This document shows, in pieces, positions 44,810-54,229 of a DNA stretch of 64,000 nt; positions within the stretch are counted from its first letter, which is position 1, and each line of letters opens with the position of its first letter. Origin of the DNA: Candidatus Pacearchaeota archaeon. Its GTDB lineage: Archaea; Nanobdellota; Nanobdellia; Pacearchaeales; GW2011-AR1. The notes below the pieces were generated by a model. The model worked only from the letters and a program-made list of their open reading frames with translations. It had not been told where the DNA came from and searched no databases. The translations under genes and the position numbers were made by a program. The DNA is taken from assembly GCA_018303845.1 (NCBI GenBank), contig JAGVXH010000004.1, positions 69,165 to 133,164 on the forward strand. Reading direction: 5' to 3'.

Positions 44810-46147
44810 ATGGAATACAAAAAAATATTTTTACCCCTATTCCTTATCCCTTGTTCCCTATTTCTTATTCTAGTCGTATCAGCGTCCCCAACATTACAAC
44901 TTCAAAACGAACAAATTCAACCAGGCGAAACTATTTTTTGCACAATAACAACATTGGGAGAATTCACATCTCAAATAGAAAAATCCCAAATCAAATTCTT
45001 CCAAGGAAGAAAACAAATTACATTAGAAACCGACATTCTCTTCTACAACCAAACACACTATCTAGCAATTTATACCACACAAGAAACAAACCTAACACTT
45101 CAAATAGAAAACATCCTATACAAAGAAGCTGACCAACTGCAATCAATAACAATAATAGAGAACCTTTCAATCCAAAAAAATATCTTATTCAATAAAAATA
45201 CAAACGAAACATATACCCAAATCCTAAAAATCAAACCAGGCCACATTTTTTCGTCAACGCAGCCAAAACTAAAACTAACTAATGTAGGAACTGCAAATCT
45301 CAACTTAACATTTAACGAACAAGAAATTTCTCTTTCTCCTTTGTCCTCCCAAGAATTAAACTTTACACCAACAGAAACTTTCACTTTAACAAAAGTATCA
45401 ACATACAAAGATTTCCTAGTCCCAACAGTCTATCTAAAATCAGAACTTAATACAACTTTTATTTCTCCGACGACAAAACTCGACCTTCGAGCCGATCCAG
45501 ATTTACTATTCATAGAACTTTTCACTGAAAATGAAACCACCGTAACAATACAACTTTTCAATTTCGCAGATCAAAATCTAACTGACATAAAAATAGCACA
45601 CAACACATCATTCCTAGAAATAACAGAATTAGAAAACTTTCAACCAAAGGGAATTCAAAATCTAACACTAAAACTAGGGCCCGAAAATCCAGGGCACTTC
45701 CAAGGGACAATCAACATATCATACATGCAAAATGAAAATCAAAACATTTTGCAAATCCCACTAAGTATCTTCGTCTTATCAAAAGGAACTCCAAAAGAAA
45801 ACTTTCAAATTATAGAAAAAACCTGTGAAGAAATGCTAGGACAAGTTTGCAAATCAGGAGCGGAGATATGTAATAAAACACCAATATTTACAAAAAATTT
45901 AGAATATTGTTGTTTGGGCTCATGCATCTCGATAAAAGAAGAATCTAGTTCAGGTGGATTCGGTTGGCTAGTCGGGATAGTTATCCTAATAGTTCTAGTT
46001 CTAATAGGATATAGCTTCTACAAAAAACAACAACTTTTCCAATCTCCGACGTCAAAAGATGCCCTTGCAACAACGACAAAATCTTTCGAATCTCGCATAT
46101 CCGGAAACCAAACCAAAAGAACAGTAGGCGATCTCACAAAATTTTAA
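44810..46147 (+). CDS. Sequon-rich secreted protein with Cys-rich stalk and TM anchor
   Basis: Signal peptide and more than 12 N-x-S/T sequons. CEEMLGQVCKSGAEICNKT...CCLGSC is followed by the TM segment GWLVGIVILIVLVLIGY. Confidence 0.55.
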   Translation: MEYKKIFLPLFLIPCSLFLILVVSASPTLQLQNEQIQPGETIFCTITTLGEFTSQIEKSQIKFFQGRKQITLETDILFYNQTHYLAIYTTQETNLTLQIENILYKEADQLQSITIIENLSIQKNILFNKNTNETYTQILKIKPGHIFSSTQPKLKLTNVGTANLNLTFNEQEISLSPLSSQELNFTPTETFTLTKVSTYKDFLVPTVYLKSELNTTFISPTTKLDLRADPDLLFIELFTENETTVTIQLFNFADQNLTDIKIAHNTSFLEITELENFQPKGIQNLTLKLGPENPGHFQGTINISYMQNENQNILQIPLSIFVLSKGTPKENFQIIEKTCEEMLGQVCKSGAEICNKTPIFTKNLEYCCLGSCISIKEESSSGGFGWLVGIVILIVLVLIGYSFYKKQQLFQSPTSKDALATTTKSFESRISGNQTKRTVGDLTKF

Positions 46148-46735
46148 CTACTTTTTCTTCTTAGTAACTTTCTTAGCAACCTTTTTCTTAACAGTTTTCT
46201 TCACAGCCTTCTTCTTGGCCACGTCACTACCTAATTCATGTTTGCCGGCCACACTCCCAGATTTCAACTCCGCGATCTCCTTATCTCTCGCAATCAAAAT
46301 CCTCTGCATCTTCTGCATCTGTTCAATTAACTGTCTCATTCTCTCGCCCGCAATCTTTGCAATCTCATCATACCGATGCATCCTTCCCGAAATATTGTTT
46401 AACAAATTAGTAGCCTCAACACAGTCCAAATCAACACTAGAAGGCTCAATAACCTCAACGCTACTTGGCATAAAATCAAACATAGTCTCAGTCATCCTAG
46501 AAAGACTCGGAAGCTCAAAATCACATTCAGCAAAAGCAGTAAACATCTCCTCGCCTTCAGCAACCTCTTTCCCTTCTTCCCTAGGAATAACACGCGGTTC
46601 ACTTACCTTAATTTCATAAACTTCAGCGTCCTTAATCTGCCTCAGAATCCCAACGTGTTTCTCCAGCCTTTCCGTCAAATATCCCGCCGGCCGACCTGCC
46701 ATTTCAACAATCATAATCACCCTAACCATAAACAT
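46148..46735 (-). CDS. Hypothetical protein with coiled coil and Lys-rich tail
   Basis: ORF with the C-terminal tail KKKAVKKTVKKKVAKKVTKKKK. I recognise no family. Confidence 0.45.
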   Translation of the reverse strand: MFMVRVIMIVEMAGRPAGYLTERLEKHVGILRQIKDAEVYEIKVSEPRVIPREEGKEVAEGEEMFTAFAECDFELPSLSRMTETMFDFMPSSVEVIEPSSVDLDCVEATNLLNNISGRMHRYDEIAKIAGERMRQLIEQMQKMQRILIARDKEIAELKSGSVAGKHELGSDVAKKKAVKKTVKKKVAKKVTKKKK

Positions 46736-46752
46736 TCAACATCACTTCTATT

Positions 46753-47373
46753 TTAAAACTTATCCCAAGCCATAATCCCAACCAAACAAATTAAAAACAA
46801 ACAAAGCAAATATGGCAACCAATCAACAAACAACGCATCCTTAGAAACATAATCCCATTCATCCTCGATAACAGCCTTGCCGTCAAGCGAAACAATCTTT
46901 CTGTCTAAATCAATAACCTTTTCTTTTTCGTCAAAATCTGTACTTATTTGTACAGCTTGCGAGTTAGTATTTTCTTCTATTATTCCCCCATTGTCTTCCA
47001 CGGCCAAAACCTTCAATTTTCCAGCATCAAATTCTTCCTTCCACTCTCCATCTCGCAATTTCACTACAACATCATACCTCCCCTCTTCTGCAATCTTTAA
47101 CCTCACAACCTCATTTTTCTGAATAAAATCGTTGACATAATAATACCCACTATCCCAAGTCTCACCATCCCAAATCTTCAAAACCGAGTCCCGCTTCTTA
47201 TCAACTTCAATTTTCAAATCATACTTTCCATCCCCATCATCAACCTCAATATCACATTCAAATTCCTCTCCAGCATAAATCTCATCAGGACAGTCAAAGT
47301 CAATCTCAACTCCAGAAACAAATCCAATCAAGAAAATAGCTAACAAAAACTTCAACATCAAAATCAATACCAT
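46753..47373 (-). CDS. Hypothetical secreted protein with C-terminal TM
   Basis: Signal peptide LKFLLAIFLIGFVSG and C-terminal TM segment WLPYLLCLFLICLVGIMAW. Confidence 0.45.
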   Translation of the reverse strand: MVLILMLKFLLAIFLIGFVSGVEIDFDCPDEIYAGEEFECDIEVDDGDGKYDLKIEVDKKRDSVLKIWDGETWDSGYYYVNDFIQKNEVVRLKIAEEGRYDVVVKLRDGEWKEEFDAGKLKVLAVEDNGGIIEENTNSQAVQISTDFDEKEKVIDLDRKIVSLDGKAVIEDEWDYVSKDALFVDWLPYLLCLFLICLVGIMAWDKF

Positions 47374-47435
47374 CCAAAACTTAAATAACTTTCCACCTCA
47401 CAAAAACTTAAAAACAAACCTTCCCACAAAAATAT

Positions 47436-48953
47436 ATGACAGAAGAAAAATTAACAATGGAAGAACTTTCATCTTTCTGTAAACGAAAGGGTATCATCTT
47501 TCAAGCAGCAGAAATCTACGGTGGGCTATCAGGCTTCTTTGATGTTGCCCCATTCGGGCTAAATATTCAAAACAACATAAAGGAAATTTACAGAAAAGAA
47601 CTAATCTACAAACGAGAAGATATGGTTGAACAGGATGGCTCAATTATAACGAATCCAAGAGTTTGGAAGGCATCAGGTCACTTAGATGGTTTTGGAGATT
47701 TAATTTTAACAACGAAAAAAACAAGAACAAAACTTCGAGCCGACCATTTCGTAGAAGATGAACTTAAAATTCCAACAGATGGGATGAAGGCAGCAGAAAT
47801 ACAGGCATTAATAGTAAAACATAATCTAAAATACAAAGGAGAAGAATTCGAGGAAATAAAAGATTTTAATTTATTGTTTCCAGTAAGAATCGGAGCAGAC
47901 GAATCAAAAGATTCAATAGCATATCTTAGAGGTGAAACTTGCCAAAGTATTTTCCCAAACTTTAGATTAATAACCGAAATATGCAGGAAAAAATTACCTT
48001 ATGGAATCATGCAAATAGGAAAAGCCTTCCGAAACGAAATCGCTCCAAGAGATTTTCTCTTCAGGTGCCGAGAGTTCGAACAATTAGAAGTAGAGTATTT
48101 TTTCAATCCAAAAGATAAATTCGATAAATTAACCGAAGACTTGCTTAATACAAAATTCCAATATCTCTCGGCCGCAGCTCAAGATTCAGGCTCAGATGAA
48201 ATGAGAGAAGCAACGATAAAGGAATTAGTAAAATCTAAAGCAATGAGCGATATTCATGGATATTGGATGGCGATAATGCTAAATCTAGCGCAAAAAGAAA
48301 TGGGCTTAAGTTACAAAAATCTTCGAGTAAGACAACATGTAAAAACAGAACTTTCTCATTATAGCGCCGGAACTTTTGACATTGATTATAATTATCCGAA
48401 CGGCTTCAAAGAAATGCTGGGAATGGCAAATCGAACAAACTTCGATCTAAAACAACATCAAGAACATTCAGGTTCAAAACTAGAATACTTCGATGAAGCA
48501 ACAGGTGAAAAATTCCTACCACACGTAATTGAACCTTCATTTGGAATTGGCAGACATCTTTTGGCAGTTCTCTTAGATGCGTATACAAAAAATGAGAAAG
48601 GAGAGATAGTCCTAAAACTTCCAAAAAAACTAGCTCCAACAAAAGCCTCAGTATTCCCTCTCCTTAGCAAACCTGAATTCATCGCATTGTCAAGAGAAAT
48701 TTATACAGACCTAATCGAAAACGACATCATATCTAGTTTTGACAAATCAGGCTCAATCGGAAAAAGATATGCAAGGGCAGACGAAATAGGAACCCCATAC
48801 TGCATAACAATCGATCACGACTCATTAGAAACAGGCATAATAACGGTAAGAGACAGAGATTCCGCAAAACAGATAAAAGTTCATAAAGACAAACTTGCGG
48901 AGACAATAAGAAATTTAATCAACGACAGGATAGAGTTCTCATCGTTGAAATAA
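47436..48953 (+). CDS. glyS: Glycyl-tRNA synthetase (archaeal/eukaryotic alpha2 type)
   Basis: RKGIIFQAAEIYGGLSGFFDVAPFG, FRNEIAPRDFLFRCREFEQLEVEYF and a C-terminal anticodon-binding domain. Confidence 0.9.
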   Translation: MTEEKLTMEELSSFCKRKGIIFQAAEIYGGLSGFFDVAPFGLNIQNNIKEIYRKELIYKREDMVEQDGSIITNPRVWKASGHLDGFGDLILTTKKTRTKLRADHFVEDELKIPTDGMKAAEIQALIVKHNLKYKGEEFEEIKDFNLLFPVRIGADESKDSIAYLRGETCQSIFPNFRLITEICRKKLPYGIMQIGKAFRNEIAPRDFLFRCREFEQLEVEYFFNPKDKFDKLTEDLLNTKFQYLSAAAQDSGSDEMREATIKELVKSKAMSDIHGYWMAIMLNLAQKEMGLSYKNLRVRQHVKTELSHYSAGTFDIDYNYPNGFKEMLGMANRTNFDLKQHQEHSGSKLEYFDEATGEKFLPHVIEPSFGIGRHLLAVLLDAYTKNEKGEIVLKLPKKLAPTKASVFPLLSKPEFIALSREIYTDLIENDIISSFDKSGSIGKRYARADEIGTPYCITIDHDSLETGIITVRDRDSAKQIKVHKDKLAETIRNLINDRIEFSSLK

Positions 48954-49104
48954 TTGTTCCATCTAAAACTTTGTGAGAAATGTGGCGCCGAATACAATAC
49001 AATTTATTATGAAGAAATTATCATTAAAAAATCCGTGTAGTCTATGCCCAAAATTTCCTAATCCAAAACCAAATTCTTAAAAACCGTCTCTTCATCATTA
49101 ACAA

Positions 49105-50883
49105 ATGTTATCCAAAAATTCTAATCCCATTCTAACCATGATGAAAACCGAATGGGAATACTTGGGAGAAAATAAAAAAAAATTCCTATTTTATATGTCT
49201 TTATTCATAATAGCAGGAACCATAAATCTAAGCTCCGCCTGGGTAATAGGAATCATTTTCAATTCAATACAAAGCGGACAAATTAACAGTCAAGAAGAAT
49301 TAACAAAACTGTTTTTTCTAATATCGTTAATATTCTTCATAAGACTAAGTTTTTGGATATTCCACGGAACAGGAAGAATAATGGAACAGTTAACGGCGTT
49401 CAAAACCCACAAGAATTATGCCGACGACAAAGTGAAAAGAACGTTAGAGCTTCCAGTAAAATGGCACAAAGACAATCATTCAGGAGACACAATTGATAGA
49501 ATAAACAAGGCGAGGTTATCACTTCTGTCATACTCGCAACATGATTCATTCGAATTGATCTATATTCTGCTAGGAATATTCGGTTCGCTGGCAGTAATAT
49601 TTTTCATTAACCCAAAAATAGGAATTTTTGCTTTAGTGTCTTGCATAGCTATACTGTTGATGACAATGAAGCTAGATAAAAAAGCAAAACAATTATATAA
49701 AAATACAAATCAACTAGAGCATAAACTTTCTTCTTCAATTTTCGACTATTTTTCAAATATAATAACAGTTATAACATTAAGGCTAAAAAAAATAGTAAGA
49801 AAAAAAATAGGGGGAAGAATTCAAGAGCCGTATAAAGACTATAGAAAGATAACATATTTAGTAGAGACAAAGTGGGGGCTAGGGGATTTGGCAATTAAGC
49901 TGATGACAGTCTTGGTATTAATTTATCAAGCACATACGGATTTTAATAAATCTGGAGTAATTATGATAGGAACACTTTTTATGCTTTATAGCTATCTAGA
50001 CAGAGTGGGTAACTCTTTTTTTAATTTTGCGCAATTCTACGGTAAAATGACAAAAAAAGCGGCAGATATAGAATCAGTAGAGCCAATTGACGATGCCTTC
50101 AAGGATTTGGAGGATGAATTAAGAACTCAACTTCCAAGCACATGGAAACAAATCCAAATCAAAAATCTAGATTTTACCTATAATTCCAAAGGAAAAATTC
50201 AGCACCTAAAAAATATAAATTTCCAATTTAATAAAGGGCAAAAAATTGCCTTGATAGGAGAATCAGGTTCAGGCAAATCTACAATTCTAGCTTTACTAAG
50301 AGGACTTTATCTTCCACAAAAAGCTGAAATCACCTGTGACAACAAGCCCCTAAAGCACGGAGTCCAAACTCTAAAGCAATCCGTAACCTTAATTCCACAA
50401 GACCCAGAAATCTTCAACGAAACAATCCGCTACAATATAACAATGGACATGTTCAACAATCAAAAAGACTTAGACAAAGCAATAAGGATGGCACAATTCA
50501 AAACTGTAGTAGACCGTCTTCCAAACGGGGTGGATACTTCGGTTCAAGAAAAAGGCGTCTCTCTTTCAGGCGGAGAAAAGCAAAGACTAGCCCTAGCAAG
50601 AGGAATCTTAGCGGCTTACGATTCCGACATAATCCTTCTAGACGAACCAACCTCTTCAGTAGATTCAATTAATGAAAAGAAAATTCACGAAAATATCTTC
50701 AAGGAATTTAAGGGCAAAACAATCATCTCTTCAATCCACCGACTTCACCTCCTGGATAAATTCGACTACATATACATGTTCGACAAAGGAAAAATAATCG
50801 GACAAGGAACATTGAAAGAAATCAAGCAAAATCCAAATTTCAAAGATATCTGGCAGAGATATATGGGCGCAATGAAAGAATAA
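49105..50883 (+). CDS. ABC exporter, fused permease and ATPase
   Basis: A six-TM N-terminal half, then Walker A GESGSGKST, signature LSGGEKQR and Walker B IILLDEPTS. Confidence 0.85.
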   Translation: MLSKNSNPILTMMKTEWEYLGENKKKFLFYMSLFIIAGTINLSSAWVIGIIFNSIQSGQINSQEELTKLFFLISLIFFIRLSFWIFHGTGRIMEQLTAFKTHKNYADDKVKRTLELPVKWHKDNHSGDTIDRINKARLSLLSYSQHDSFELIYILLGIFGSLAVIFFINPKIGIFALVSCIAILLMTMKLDKKAKQLYKNTNQLEHKLSSSIFDYFSNIITVITLRLKKIVRKKIGGRIQEPYKDYRKITYLVETKWGLGDLAIKLMTVLVLIYQAHTDFNKSGVIMIGTLFMLYSYLDRVGNSFFNFAQFYGKMTKKAADIESVEPIDDAFKDLEDELRTQLPSTWKQIQIKNLDFTYNSKGKIQHLKNINFQFNKGQKIALIGESGSGKSTILALLRGLYLPQKAEITCDNKPLKHGVQTLKQSVTLIPQDPEIFNETIRYNITMDMFNNQKDLDKAIRMAQFKTVVDRLPNGVDTSVQEKGVSLSGGEKQRLALARGILAAYDSDIILLDEPTSSVDSINEKKIHENIFKEFKGKTIISSIHRLHLLDKFDYIYMFDKGKIIGQGTLKEIKQNPNFKDIWQRYMGAMKE

Positions 50884-50901
50884 ATAAATTTCATATAAAT
50901 T

Positions 50902-50929
50902 CTACAATCTAATTTCTAATCTCTACTAT
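50902..50929 (-). repeat. Period-7 CTA/TAG ladder (ctacaat ctaattt ctaatct ctactat) in a convergent intergenic region
   Basis: CTA occurs at 50902, 50909, 50916 and 50923. Confidence 0.65.
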
Positions 50930-50956
50930 CTCGCAAAACGCCACATCAGTATATGC

Positions 50957-51526
50957 CTATTCCTTTTCACGCATTCTATCAAGGATGCTACAAACGTCCT
51001 CATACTCAACTCTCACTCGTCCTTTCTCCTTCATCTTACTTGCCACCAATATCTCCGAAAAAATCCCTTCTCGAAGCAGCCAAGCACACTTCAACTTTTC
51101 CTCTTTCGAAAGCACTCCATTCATTTTAACCTCAACCCCAATCACCTTAAATAAATCACCTCGTTTCTCAAAAGCAACAAAATCAGGAAACCCAGTCCCA
51201 ATTGTCATGACGCCTCGCCCAACACCAAATCGCTTAAACACTCTTTTACAAGAAATAACTTTACCCTCGACAAGATCAACATTATTTGACCATTTATCAA
51301 CAATCCATCCTTTCTCTTCCAAGTCCTTCCTTATCTTCAATTCAAACGCCCCGCCACTAGACCGACTAACAGAACCTCTTTTCACGTTTAACTTCTTCTT
51401 CTGAACTCCAATCTTTCCTTCGCTGTCCCATTCAGTAACATATTCAACGCTAGAAGCCCGCCTAATCTCCTCAAGAAAATCTTTCCTCTTCAATTTCTTC
51501 TCTCTGTCTACACTCTTTAATTCCAT
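50957..51526 (-). CDS. PD-(D/E)XK nuclease, Hjc-like (putative Holliday junction resolvase) with N-terminal extension
   Basis: GGAFELKIRKDLEEKGW...GFPDFVAFEK...IGVEVK matches the E...D...E-x-K arrangement. Confidence 0.45.
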   Translation of the reverse strand: MELKSVDREKKLKRKDFLEEIRRASSVEYVTEWDSEGKIGVQKKKLNVKRGSVSRSSGGAFELKIRKDLEEKGWIVDKWSNNVDLVEGKVISCKRVFKRFGVGRGVMTIGTGFPDFVAFEKRGDLFKVIGVEVKMNGVLSKEEKLKCAWLLREGIFSEILVASKMKEKGRVRVEYEDVCSILDRMREKE

Positions 51527-51566
51527 ATAAATAAGAAAACATTTCCAATTATAAAATTATACATTC

Positions 51567-52274
51567 CTATTTTCTTTTCAAACTCAAGTAAAAGCTATTA
51601 ACAAAAATCAAAGAAAAAATGCTAATTAGAGTTGTAACAATTACTCCAAGAAAAACCCCAACCATTCCGATAAAACTAAATAATCCATCAAACATAGCTC
51701 CAGTAATCCCAACAATAACATAGAAAAGAAGCATATATCCAAATGCCTTCCACCATCTACCTTTGACAATCTCGTGACTTCTTTTTAACGATTTCATAAT
51801 AGATTTATTCTCTGCAACCAAAACATAAACAGCAAACATCCAATATATCTGAAAGACAATCCCAGGAATTATCAACAAACAATATAACGGAACCAAAAAA
51901 ACAAACAACAACAATCCAAGTAATAAAGCCTTACCGTAAAAACTCCAGCCTCCCTTCATCGCTGCACCAAAATTAACTGCATTCTTCTTCTTTCCATTAT
52001 TCAAAGTGTAAATTATACAAACAGCCAAAAAAGTAGAAAATATCCATAGTCCAAAAATCCAAGGAGCAAGAATTTTAATCTCCATGAAAATATCTCCAAT
52101 CGAAGGGACGACCCCATCAATTAAAAAACTAGTCCTATTCCTATCCCAAATAGCAAAAATAATGCCAGGTAAAAAACTAAATAATAATCCCAAAGAAGCA
52201 AACAGCCCAATCTTACCCCAAAGCAAATCCCAAGATTCTCCAAGCACTTTCCCAAACGAAACATCACTCTTCAT
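51567..52274 (-). CDS. Polytopic membrane protein, function unknown
   Basis: About six hydrophobic segments. Confidence 0.5.
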   Translation of the reverse strand: MKSDVSFGKVLGESWDLLWGKIGLFASLGLLFSFLPGIIFAIWDRNRTSFLIDGVVPSIGDIFMEIKILAPWIFGLWIFSTFLAVCIIYTLNNGKKKNAVNFGAAMKGGWSFYGKALLLGLLLFVFLVPLYCLLIIPGIVFQIYWMFAVYVLVAENKSIMKSLKRSHEIVKGRWWKAFGYMLLFYVIVGITGAMFDGLFSFIGMVGVFLGVIVTTLISIFSLIFVNSFYLSLKRK

Positions 52275-52364
52275 AAAAGGTATAAGAAATTATTCTTTAT
52301 AAAAGTTTAGGCAGCCAAATAATACATCCCATAATTATTTATAGCAGGACACATAAAAACAAAT

Positions 52365-52643
52365 ATGATATCACTAGAAAATAATCCATATCTAAAAAGA
52401 GACAAAGCATTAGAGGATAAACTCATCTCATTACTATTAGAATTAGAAAAAGATGCAAAAGCAGAATCAGAGTGCAGTTCGAAAGGACATCCAAATGCAA
52501 AATTCCAAGACATAATATCAAGTGCGTCTGGAGCATTGTATTATTGCCCGAATTGTGATAAACTTATCCACAAACAATTAACAGAAGAACAGCAAAAAAT
52601 TTGGCATGATGTCGTAAACACAGTCTACAAATCCCGAGCATAA
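52365..52643 (+). CDS. Hypothetical small protein with a possible zinc-binding pair
   Basis: CSSKGH...CPNCDK. Confidence 0.4.
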   Translation: MISLENNPYLKRDKALEDKLISLLLELEKDAKAESECSSKGHPNAKFQDIISSASGALYYCPNCDKLIHKQLTEEQQKIWHDVVNTVYKSRA

Positions 52644-52789
52644 ACAGTTCGTCTAAAATTACCCTTCGCCCTTTCCGTCGCCTTCTTCAACATCTCTTCA
52701 ACTTGCTTTTCTAACCCCACAGCCAAGTCTTCTCCTAAATTCAATCCGCCAAGCATTCCCCGCAGTTTACTTTTTATAATCACACCCAT
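52625..52789 (-). CDS. Possible histone-fold-like small protein (54 aa)
   Basis: Not in the ORF track. Hand translation: MGVIIKSKLRGMLGGLNLGEDLAVGLEKQVEEMLKKATERAKGNFRRTVYARDL, which resembles the alpha1-L1-alpha2-L2 region of archaeal histones (..GRKTV...D). It overlaps both neighbouring ORFs by about 20 nt. Confidence 0.3.
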   Translation of the reverse strand: MGVIIKSKLRGMLGGLNLGEDLAVGLEKQVEEMLKKATERAKGNFRRTVYARDL

Positions 52790-53402
52790 CTTTTACTCCA
52801 CTCCTTCTACCAAAATACTCTTTAAATAAATTACTTAAGTAGTAAACATAAAACCCACCAAGCAAAACAATCCCTATCCATAAAATATACCTCTCAGCAG
52901 CCGCAACAATTTCATAGCTCTCCCCCAAAATATATCCCAAAAACATAAAACAAATTACCCAAATAACACTTCCCACAATACTAAAAAATAAAAATCTAAA
53001 AAAAGAAACCCGTTCATTTCCAACGACGAACGGAGCAATAGACCGAGTAACAGGATTCATTCTACCAAAAATAAGCGACTTCCCCAGATGCCTATGAACA
53101 ACCTTAATCACTCTATCAATCGTAACATGCTTCACCAAAAAAAATCCAGCCTTCCTATGTAAAAATCCTCTAGGACGAAATCTGCCAAGCCAATATCCAA
53201 AAACATCAACTGCAATACAAGCAGCAACCCCAACCAAAACAATTTTCCACAAAGCAAAATATCCAAGTCTTGCTAAAAACCCGCAAACCAAAAGTGCAAT
53301 CATTCCCCCAGGAACAAACGCTCCCAAAAAAGGAAAGCTCTCAAAAAAAATAGCTATGAACACGACAACGTATCCCCAAAATCCAAAAAACTCCTCGCTC
53401 AT
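52767..53402 (-). CDS. DedA/SNARE-associated family membrane protein
   Basis: FFESFPFLGAFVPGG motif and a polytopic layout. Confidence 0.7.
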   Translation of the reverse strand: MSEEFFGFWGYVVVFIAIFFESFPFLGAFVPGGMIALLVCGFLARLGYFALWKIVLVGVAACIAVDVFGYWLGRFRPRGFLHRKAGFFLVKHVTIDRVIKVVHRHLGKSLIFGRMNPVTRSIAPFVVGNERVSFFRFLFFSIVGSVIWVICFMFLGYILGESYEIVAAAERYILWIGIVLLGGFYVYYLSNLFKEYFGRRSGVKDGCDYKK

Positions 53403-53520
53403 ATAAAACAAATTCTCAACAAACACCATCTACTTATTTCTCAAAATTTCTTTAAATAACTTCCCACTTCCAAAACAAAATCCGTCAAATCTGCGTAATC
53501 TGCGGCTAAATTTTCTTCCA

Positions 53521-54105
53521 TTATTTCAATCCAATCTTCCCAGCAATATCCCTAGTCGCCAAAATCCCAATTTCAAAAAATTCATCCAAACCTAAACCGG
53601 CCTTTTCAATCTCTCCAATCAATTCCCTGTTGCATCCAGCCGCAAAAGCCCTATCTTTAAACTTCTTCTTCAGCCCCTTAATTTCCATATCACTAACCCG
53701 ACCCTCTCGCATTAAAGCATAAGCATAAATGAGCCCAGTCAAAGTCTCCGAAGCGACCAAAGCATACTCAATTCTTTTAGTCCTAACCTTATCTTTCAAG
53801 CTAGGAATAATATCGAGCCCATAAGCATGTGACTGAACAGTCTCAATAAATTCATCACTAAATCCCTTCTCTTTCAATATCTTAACACAAGCAATGCAAT
53901 GTTCAGAAAGATTATTTTTAGTTATCGACCAATCAACATCGTGCAACAACCCAACCATTCCCCAATACTCAATATCCTGACCAAACTTTTCAGCCAAACC
54001 TCGCATAATCGCCTCGCTCTCAAGATAGTGATTCATATCACTTTCCAACTGCGACATCCCCTTCAAAAATTCCAAAGCCTCATCTCTGTTAATAGGTAAA
54101 CCCAT
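53521..54105 (-). CDS. HD-domain phosphohydrolase
   Basis: GLLHDVDW (the HD motif) and a downstream conserved His (VQSHAYG). Confidence 0.65.
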   Translation of the reverse strand: MGLPINRDEALEFLKGMSQLESDMNHYLESEAIMRGLAEKFGQDIEYWGMVGLLHDVDWSITKNNLSEHCIACVKILKEKGFSDEFIETVQSHAYGLDIIPSLKDKVRTKRIEYALVASETLTGLIYAYALMREGRVSDMEIKGLKKKFKDRAFAAGCNRELIGEIEKAGLGLDEFFEIGILATRDIAGKIGLK

Positions 54106-54144
54106 AAGCCAACAACGCAAATCCCCTTTAATAAATTAACCCGT

Positions 54145-54186
54145 CCATAAGAAATGCGGAGTCGAAGACTGCACAATTTTTTATGG
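54145..54186. repeat. GAA-loop hairpin family member
   Basis: CCATAA-GAAA-TGCGGAGTC-GAA-GACTGCACA-ATTTT-TTATGG. It is followed by accaccaagcccccacacagtgagcc, which resembles 62776-62800. Confidence 0.6.
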
Positions 54187-54229
54187 AAGAAAACCACCAA
54201 GCCCCCACACAGTGAGCCACCCAAAAAAT

